DNA of 64,000 nucleotides from an uncultured Desulfatiglans sp. (GTDB taxonomy: Bacteria > Desulfobacterota > DSM-4660 > Desulfatiglandales > HGW-15): assembly GCA_964643755.1 (NCBI GenBank), contig CAZXUA010000001.1, positions 15,173 through 79,172 on the forward strand, given 5' to 3'. The notes beneath the pieces were generated by a model. It made no database searches. It was not told the DNA's origin and saw nothing but the letters and a program-made list of their open reading frames with translations. Position numbers and translations under genes: made by a program. Positions 58,773 through 64,000 of this stretch are shown piece by piece (position 1 is the first letter of the stretch; every line of letters begins with the position of its first letter).

Positions 58773-59207
58773 TTATACCCTTACAATCATTACCGGTACA
58801 GGTGCAAGTTTTAAAATACGGTGTGCAACACTTCCAAGCAGCACCCTTTCAAGACCTGCCCTGCTGTGGCCCATAATAATTAGATCAATGCCATTCTTTT
58901 CGGCATAATCAATTATCTCATCAGCGGGATTCCCTGATAAGACCTGGGTTTTTACCTTTATCCCTGAAAATTCCTTTTCAGCGAAACTCTTAATCTGGGT
59001 GCTTGCAGCGGCTACAACCTCGGTCTCAAAGTGTTCGAGACCTGCAACAGGCATATCCAGGGTATTGTAATAATGTCCGACACTTGCGACATATACTATC
59101 TCAATATCAGCCCCGAATTTGCCTGCCATCAGTTTCACATGTTCTGCAATCTTCTTTGATTCTTCCCCTAAGTCTGTGGGAAACAATATCTTTTTATATT
59201 CTGCCAT
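58773..59207 (-). CDS. universal stress protein (UspA family)
   Basis: 144 aa, with the ...ILFPTDLGEES..., GHSRAGLERVLLGSVA... and PVMIV blocks. Confidence 0.85.
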   Translation of the reverse strand: MAEYKKILFPTDLGEESKKIAEHVKLMAGKFGADIEIVYVASVGHYYNTLDMPVAGLEHFETEVVAAASTQIKSFAEKEFSGIKVKTQVLSGNPADEIIDYAEKNGIDLIIMGHSRAGLERVLLGSVAHRILKLAPVPVMIVRV

Positions 59208-59399
59208 AATAATTACTCCTTTCTTATCAGGTACACATTAATAATTTAAAATATTCAGAGGCATTTGACATAAAAATAATAACAGAAAATTAATTTTCCA
59301 GCAATCAACTCTTGAAATAGCAGAAAATTGTAAATATAGTCAACCTGATCAAACATAAAACCGGTTTTTCATATCCCACTAACTAAAAGAGAAGAGATT

Positions 59400-60032
59400 A
59401 TGGAAAAAAAAGAGAAACTTGTACTGGCGATTGGAAGTGAATTGACCATGCAGATAGAGGGGATGGAAGAAAAATTCAGGTCTATCCTGGTAGGCATTGA
59501 GTCCCCGGTTTATCTGATGGTGCGCATGCAGATACCTACTAGATTCAGGAATCAGATAGATAAAGGCACCATTTTTATTGTACGGTATCTTTACCTTGGC
59601 AATGTTTATGGTTTCAAGACAAAGACTATAGGTTCTGTTGACAAACCATACAAGATCACCTTTCTTTCATATCCTGAAACAGTTGAGAGCCTCAATATAA
59701 GGAAGGCGCAGCGTGTAAGCTGTTTTATACCTGCCACCATTGAGATCAATAAAAGACAGATCAGGGGACTTTTAATGGAGATAAGCAGAAGCGGGACACG
59801 GTTCAGGATATCTTCAACCCCTGATCTGATAAGAGAGGTGACAATAAATGACCCTATCAGGATATCCTTCCCTTTGCTGGGGTTTGAGGGCATACAGAAT
59901 TTTAAAGGGATTATAAAGAGCGTGAACAGTGATTCTGAAGGGTTATACTTTGGAATCCAGTTTGAAGATATAAAACCAGGTGTCGAGAACATGATAGATG
60001 GATATGTAAGGGATGTTCTTGATATTCATTAA
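59400..60032 (+). CDS. YcgR-like PilZ-domain protein
   Basis: N-terminal PilZN-like half. RKAQR (RxxxR) and EISRSG (D/NxSxxG-like) lie in the C-terminal half. Confidence 0.6.
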   Translation: MEKKEKLVLAIGSELTMQIEGMEEKFRSILVGIESPVYLMVRMQIPTRFRNQIDKGTIFIVRYLYLGNVYGFKTKTIGSVDKPYKITFLSYPETVESLNIRKAQRVSCFIPATIEINKRQIRGLLMEISRSGTRFRISSTPDLIREVTINDPIRISFPLLGFEGIQNFKGIIKSVNSDSEGLYFGIQFEDIKPGVENMIDGYVRDVLDIH

Positions 60033-60051
60033 ATTTTAAGGAGGCTTATTT

Positions 60052-60627
60052 ATGAAGGTTTTAGCTATAAACGGCAGTCCCCGGAAGGATGGAAATACTG
60101 CCATAATGCTCAAGACGGTTCTTGATGTGCTTGAGAAAGAGGGTATTCAGACAGAGTTGCATCAGTTTTCGGGTAAATCAATACATGGCTGCAAGGCTTG
60201 CATGGGCTGTTTTAAAAATAAGGACATGCGGTGCACATTTAATGATGATGATTTCAATGAGTGCTTTACAAAAATGGTTGCGGCAGATGGCATTATCCTT
60301 GGTTCCCCAACCTATTTTACAGATGTTACATCCGAGATGAAAGGGCTTATAGACAGGGCTGGTTTTGTCTCATTTGCAAACGGGAGGTGCTTTAGGAGAA
60401 AGACAGGGGCCGCTGTTGTTGCTGTGAGAAGGGCAGGTAGCACACATGTATTTGATACCCTGAATCATTTCTTTTTTATCACCGAGATGATGGTGCCAGG
60501 CTCAAGTTACTGGAATATGGGCATTGGCCGGGAAAAGGGCGAGGTGGAAAAGGATGAAGAGGGGTTAAGGACAATGCGTGTCCTGGGCGAAAACATGGCA
60601 TGGATGATGAAAAAACTCTATAAATAA
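60052..60627 (+). CDS. iron-sulfur flavoprotein / NADPH-dependent FMN reductase family
   Basis: MKVLAINGSPRKDGNT flavodoxin-like N-terminus and a compact Cys motif HGCKACMGC...C. Confidence 0.8.
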   Translation: MKVLAINGSPRKDGNTAIMLKTVLDVLEKEGIQTELHQFSGKSIHGCKACMGCFKNKDMRCTFNDDDFNECFTKMVAADGIILGSPTYFTDVTSEMKGLIDRAGFVSFANGRCFRRKTGAAVVAVRRAGSTHVFDTLNHFFFITEMMVPGSSYWNMGIGREKGEVEKDEEGLRTMRVLGENMAWMMKKLYK

Positions 60628-60854
60628 CGGTTTAAGGTTTGCGGTCTACGGTCTACGGAAAAGCAAATGCCGTAAACCTCAAACCGTATACCATAAACCA
60701 TAAATCATATTCCATAAATCGCATACCGTATTTTATATACCACAGACCGCAGACCATAAACCGCTTTTTATATGATAAATCGCCATGGGGATCGATTTCG
60801 ATTGCGATTACGATTGCGATTACGATTACGAAAAAAAATCCGTGTCCGTGGTTA
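60628..60854. repeat. composite repeat region: ~20-bp inverted repeat of CGGTCTA-type units, CCATAAAYC direct repeats, six CGATTN hexamers, and a half CACGGAG-family arm
   Basis: CGGTTTAAGGTTTGCGGTCT (60628-60647) versus AGACCGCAGACCATAAACCG (60744-60763). The hexamer array is at 60793-60830 and TCCGTGTCCGTGGT at about 60839-60852. Confidence 0.7.
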
Positions 60855-60873
60855 GTTACTCGACCCTTTTCTT

Positions 60874-62007
60874 TCAAAATCTTTCAATCAGCTTATCTAT
60901 CAGAAAGCTGCTCTCCCTTAATGCCTGTTCACTGAATGGCCCGAACCATGCGGCTATCTCCTTAAATTCCTTTTCAAATTCCTCCCTGTCAGAGCTTTCT
61001 ACCATACTGATCAGCTCGGTTATTGAATAGATATATTCTTTTAGCATGGAGCGCCTCTCATCCGATGCAAAGATTATCCCTGAATAAAGATCAGGGGCCT
61101 GGGCAAAAAGGCGGCCAACCATCCCAAGTTCAAGACGGTATATGGGGCTTGAAAACTCTAAAGAACGGAAAAGGTCAACATTTTTTTTGTAAAGAAACCT
61201 GCCAAAGGTAAAGGTGGCAAAGTGCCTTAATGCCTGCACAACTGCCATGATCCTGTCATGCTCTTCCCCACTGGATCTTACTGTAATGGCGCCCCACTCT
61301 AACATCTGATCAATGACCCATTTGCATGCCACTTCATCCCTCCCCGGTGTTACCACAATTATCTGTTTGTCCATGCTCGATGTTGAAGGCCCGAACAGAG
61401 GATGAATCCCCAGTACAGGGCCTTTATGGAGTTTCATCATTGCATTAACAGGCTCTTTTTTGATACTGGTAAGATCAGAGAGGACGGCATTTTCAGGGAT
61501 GTAAGGGGTAAGCCTTTCTATAACAGATAGAGTGCTTTCAATAGGGACACTTACTATGGCAAGGTCAATCCCTTTGCATAAAACCTCTATCTTATCCCAG
61601 TCATTACGACCGAGCACCCTTGTATTGTATCCTGATTTATAAAACCACTGGGCAAAATATCTGCCCATGCCACCTTTACCACCCACAATAAGTACAGTGG
61701 CATCGGGCTTTACCCCTTTTTCGGATTTTGATTCTGTCTGCTCAACCCGTGACTGGCGCAGAAGCGATCTGAACAGCTCCTCTACATAGTCAGGGTCAAG
61801 CCCCTTTCCCTTTGCCATGAGCCTGCGTCTTGATATCATATCCTCTTCCCTGGCAGGATGGCGGACAGGCATGTTTTTTAATTTTTTATATTCAATAACC
61901 TTTTCAACCTCAGCCTGTCTTTCTGTCAGGAGGTCGATTATCTTTGAATCAATCAGGTCAATCCTGTCCCGTGATTTATCAAGAGTATTTTCTAATTGAT
62001 TGCCCAT
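60874..62007 (-). CDS. tyrA: bifunctional chorismate mutase / prephenate dehydrogenase (T-protein)
   Basis: N-terminal AroQ chorismate mutase helix pattern (RDRIDLIDSKIIDLLTERQ) plus a PDH Rossmann motif VLIVGGKGGMG and the rest of the domain. Confidence 0.9.
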   Translation of the reverse strand: MGNQLENTLDKSRDRIDLIDSKIIDLLTERQAEVEKVIEYKKLKNMPVRHPAREEDMISRRRLMAKGKGLDPDYVEELFRSLLRQSRVEQTESKSEKGVKPDATVLIVGGKGGMGRYFAQWFYKSGYNTRVLGRNDWDKIEVLCKGIDLAIVSVPIESTLSVIERLTPYIPENAVLSDLTSIKKEPVNAMMKLHKGPVLGIHPLFGPSTSSMDKQIIVVTPGRDEVACKWVIDQMLEWGAITVRSSGEEHDRIMAVVQALRHFATFTFGRFLYKKNVDLFRSLEFSSPIYRLELGMVGRLFAQAPDLYSGIIFASDERRSMLKEYIYSITELISMVESSDREEFEKEFKEIAAWFGPFSEQALRESSFLIDKLIERF

Positions 62008-62086
62008 AGTGCCATACCTCTATATTATTTTGTCTTCTGTCAAATAGTTGGCTAATGCTGGAATATCTAAAGGGATATTATATGTG

Positions 62087-62187
62087 CGTAGGGGCACAGT
62101 AAGGCGTGCCCTCACAGGCAGGGTGCGCCGCTCCTGCACTGGCACGGTGCGTCTGGCCAGCATGGGCAAGGTGCGCCGTGCCCCTAC
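62087..62187. repeat. GC-rich element: four tandem ~24-bp hairpin units closed by an 11-bp outer stem (CGTAGGGGCAC...GTGCCCCTACG), copy 2 of the family
   Basis: Units GGGCAC..GTGCCC, GCAGG..CCTGC, CTGGC..GCCAG, GGGCA..TGCCC, each with a GGTGCG-containing loop. It lies in the aroG-tyrA intergenic region. Confidence 0.75.
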
Positions 62188-62241
62188 GATGATGTTTATA
62201 AATATTTCATGGCACATGATATCAAAATTATCCCCCAAATA

Positions 62242-63315
62242 TTAAAATTTAAACCTTATCCTGTTACCTGAATGCTGCTCCAGGTAATTAGATGTAGAAA
62301 GTATCAAATCTTCGGTCATCTCCCATGATATACAGCCATCAGTTATTGATACCCCGTATCTGATATTCTCAGGTGTAGCGCCAACAGCCTGACTACCCTC
62401 GTGTATATTGCTCTCAAGCATGAGCCCTGTTATGGATTCATTTCCGTCTATGCGCTGGTTGATTATATCCTGCCAGACCGCTGGCTGCATCAGATAATCC
62501 TTTGATGAATTGCCATGTGAGCAGTCTATTATAATTGAATCACGCAGCCTGTTTTTCTTTAAAAGTGTAATGGTGCTGTTGACACTAACAGAGTCATAGT
62601 TGGGGCGTATGCCTCCCCTTAAGACAATATGCGTATAGGGGTTTCCCTTTGTTTTTACAATACTGGCCCTTCCTGTGCTGTCAATACCGATAAATGTCTG
62701 GGGGCTTGCAGAGGCCTTCATACCATTAACAGCAATAAGCAGATCCCCGTCTGTGCCGTTTTTTAAACCTACAGGCATTGAAAGACCGCTTACCATCTCC
62801 CTGTGTGTCTGGGACTCAGTTGTTCTGGCACCAATAGCGCTCCATGATATAAGGTCTGCAATATACTGGGGGCTTATTGTATCAAGCATTTCAGTAGCGG
62901 CAGGCACACCCATGCCGGTTATCTCAAGCAGCAGCTCTCTTGCAGCCCTTAAGCCTGATTCAATATCACATGAGCCATCAAGACAGGGGTCATTTATCAG
63001 CCCCTTCCACCCGATGCTGGTTCTGGGTTTCTCAAAATAGACCCTCATCACGAGAAACAGTCGGGATGCCACCTTTTCGCTTAACCTTTTTAACCGTGTG
63101 GCATATTCAATTGCCGCCTTTTTATCATGTATTGAACAGGGGCCGGTTATCACCATGAGCCTTTTATCCTTTTTATCCAGTATATCCCTGATAATTTTTC
63201 TTGAAGAGCTGACCGTATCAATTGAGTTTTGAGTAATGGGCAGTTCACTGATAAATCTATCAGGTGAAAGGATAGGGGTATATGACTCAACATAAATATC
63301 AGTTATCTTTTCCAA
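62242..63315 (-). CDS. aroG: 3-deoxy-7-phosphoheptulonate (DAHP) synthase, class I-alpha (AroF/G/H type)
   Basis: VITGPCSIHD, KPRTSIGWKGLINDP, GARTTESQTHRE. TTG start 7 nt after a GGAGG RBS. I cannot call isozyme specificity from sequence; the context suggests Tyr-related (aroF-like). Confidence 0.9.
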   Translation of the reverse strand: MEKITDIYVESYTPILSPDRFISELPITQNSIDTVSSSRKIIRDILDKKDKRLMVITGPCSIHDKKAAIEYATRLKRLSEKVASRLFLVMRVYFEKPRTSIGWKGLINDPCLDGSCDIESGLRAARELLLEITGMGVPAATEMLDTISPQYIADLISWSAIGARTTESQTHREMVSGLSMPVGLKNGTDGDLLIAVNGMKASASPQTFIGIDSTGRASIVKTKGNPYTHIVLRGGIRPNYDSVSVNSTITLLKKNRLRDSIIIDCSHGNSSKDYLMQPAVWQDIINQRIDGNESITGLMLESNIHEGSQAVGATPENIRYGVSITDGCISWEMTEDLILSTSNYLEQHSGNRIRFKF

Positions 63316-63326
63316 TATGTTACCTC

Positions 63327-63366
63327 CAAAAAAAAAGCCGCAGGGAGGTTCTCCCTGCAGCTTTTT
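63327..63366 (-). terminator. attenuator terminator: GCUGCAGGGAG-AAC-CUCCCUGCGGC followed by U9
   Basis: An 11-bp GC-rich stem plus a U9 run on the minus strand, located between the leader ORF and the aroG RBS. Confidence 0.8.
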
Positions 63367-63389
63367 GGATCAATAAAATTAAGACTGAA

Positions 63390-63467
63390 TCAACCGGCTG
63401 CAGGCAGAGCACAGGTGTAGTAATAATAGTAATAATAGCTGTTTGTTCTGCCGGAAAAGTTGTTCAT
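63390..63467 (-). CDS. tyrosine-rich leader peptide MNNFSGRTNSYYYYYYYTCALPAAG
   Basis: 25-codon ORF with 7 consecutive Tyr codons (TAT TAT TAC TAT TAT TAC TAC). It sits between a promoter and a terminator hairpin upstream of aroG-tyrA. Confidence 0.7.
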   Translation of the reverse strand: MNNFSGRTNSYYYYYYYTCALPAAG

Positions 63468-63507
63468 CTTTTAATTCCTGGTAAAATCCTTTTTTATAGG
63501 AAGGAAG

Positions 63508-63535
63508 ATTATCACATCACTTTTACCTCATGCAA
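63508..63535 (-). promoter_or_regulatory. sigma70-type promoter TTGCAT-16-GATAAT for the leader-aroG-tyrA transcript
   Basis: On the minus strand, -35 is at 63535-63530 and -10 at 63513-63508, about 40 nt upstream of the leader ATG. Confidence 0.5.
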
Positions 63536-63832
63536 GGAATATTTTCTCTATGCCCACCCCTTTGCATTTTTACTTAGTGTCCATTTAAGGCAGCTAATAC
63601 TTGACATTATAAAAAGGCTGATAAAATTTGATAATTATTTTTATAGCAAAAAGGGTCGATATGGATAGAGATCAAAAATATATGGATAAAATAACATTGC
63701 CACCAAAAAACAATATATTCATGCGGTTTTTAAACTGGATAGCAAAGGGTGTTTCAAGACCTGAGGTAGGGTCTGGCCAGTGTAAAGGATGAAGTGTCAA
63801 ACCATATGACCCGCCTGTATGGCGGAAAAAAT

Positions 63833-63862
63833 AAAGGAGGCACTGAATTAAGTGCCTCCTTT
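63833..63862. terminator. bidirectional terminator hairpin AAGGAGGCAC-N8-GTGCCTCCTT flanked by A- and T-runs
   Basis: A 10-11-bp stem with TTTT on the plus side and an A-run upstream that gives a U-tract for the convergent minus-strand thiolase. Confidence 0.65.
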
Positions 63863-63886
63863 TTCTCGAATTTCAAATCTCAAATT

Positions 63887-64000
63887 TTATATCTGCTCCA
63901 GTACCATTGCGATACCTTGACCGCCGCCTATGCAAAGGCTGCCCAGGCCAAGTGCGTCGCCTTTTCTTTTCATCTGGCTGATAAGCGAAACAAGCAGCCT
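63887..64000 (-). CDS. acetyl-CoA acetyltransferase (thiolase), C-terminal end only (gene continues beyond the window)
   Basis: Minus-strand translation is ...LLVSLISQMKRKGDALGLGSLCIGGGQGIAMVLEQI*, the canonical thiolase C-terminus (CIGGGQG). Confidence 0.8.
   Translation of the reverse strand, partial: RLLVSLISQMKRKGDALGLGSLCIGGGQGIAMVLEQI

Noticed and set aside
60639-60935. ORFs 60639..60935, 60653..60877, 60785..61030, 62020..62238 and 62048..62245
   Set aside because: They are translations of the tandem or palindromic intergenic repeats (periodic peptide sequences), not genes.
63282-63668. 128-aa plus-strand ORF across the aroG upstream region, and a 43-aa ORF at 63661..63792 (MDRDQKYMDKITLPPKNN...GSGQCKG)
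   Set aside because: The first overlaps the minus-strand attenuator and promoter and has no RBS. The second has only a weak RBS and no recognisable family. It is kept as unsupported, although it is followed by a good terminator.

Overview
This is a 64-kb chromosomal window from a Gram-negative anaerobe. It is probably a Desulfobacterota/deltaproteobacterial sulfate-reducer type. That guess rests only on gene content (MetV-MetF, a Sec-type UxxC gene, the def-fmt-DUF116-rsmB-rpe order) and the style of intergenic repeats, and I cannot verify it here.

Layout:
- 0-14.4 kb: conserved housekeeping core. It holds a CbpA-like DnaJ, def, fmt, rsmB, rpe, tRNA-Ser(GCU), tRNA-Leu(UAG), radC and mutL.
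- 14.4-18.8 kb: a small islet at the mutL 3' end. It carries two VapBC modules, an OmpA-like lipoprotein and an M48/TPR protease. It is bracketed by three direct copies of the mutL tail and ends in a truncated vapC fused to a two-repeat CRISPR relic.
- 19-36.4 kb: a polysaccharide/uronate-utilisation-like region. It has a 4-gene operon of Tat/Sec-exported cupin and isomerase-like proteins, then a PilZ gene, exuT-uxuA-SDR-cupin, an SGNH esterase, a 1174-aa GH9-like secreted protein, a TonB-dependent receptor and TonB.
- 36.6-42.2 kb and 53.8-58.7 kb: pseudogene-rich stretches. These include an SBBP propeller protein, an IS3 remnant, an MBOAT gene with two in-frame stops, a UxxC seleno-type gene, and a fully decayed MacAB-like ABC operon that contains a MITE.
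- Remaining genes: two cytoplasmic histidine kinases downstream of metV-metF, thiolases, a cyclophilin, UspA and PilZ proteins.
- 60.9-63.5 kb: an aroG/F-tyrA operon preceded by a 7-tyrosine leader peptide attenuator. I consider this the most interesting regulatory feature in the window.

Several families of intergenic hairpin repeats, whose arms are short tandem units, occur throughout. All calls come from reading the sequence and the ORF track. No database search was possible.
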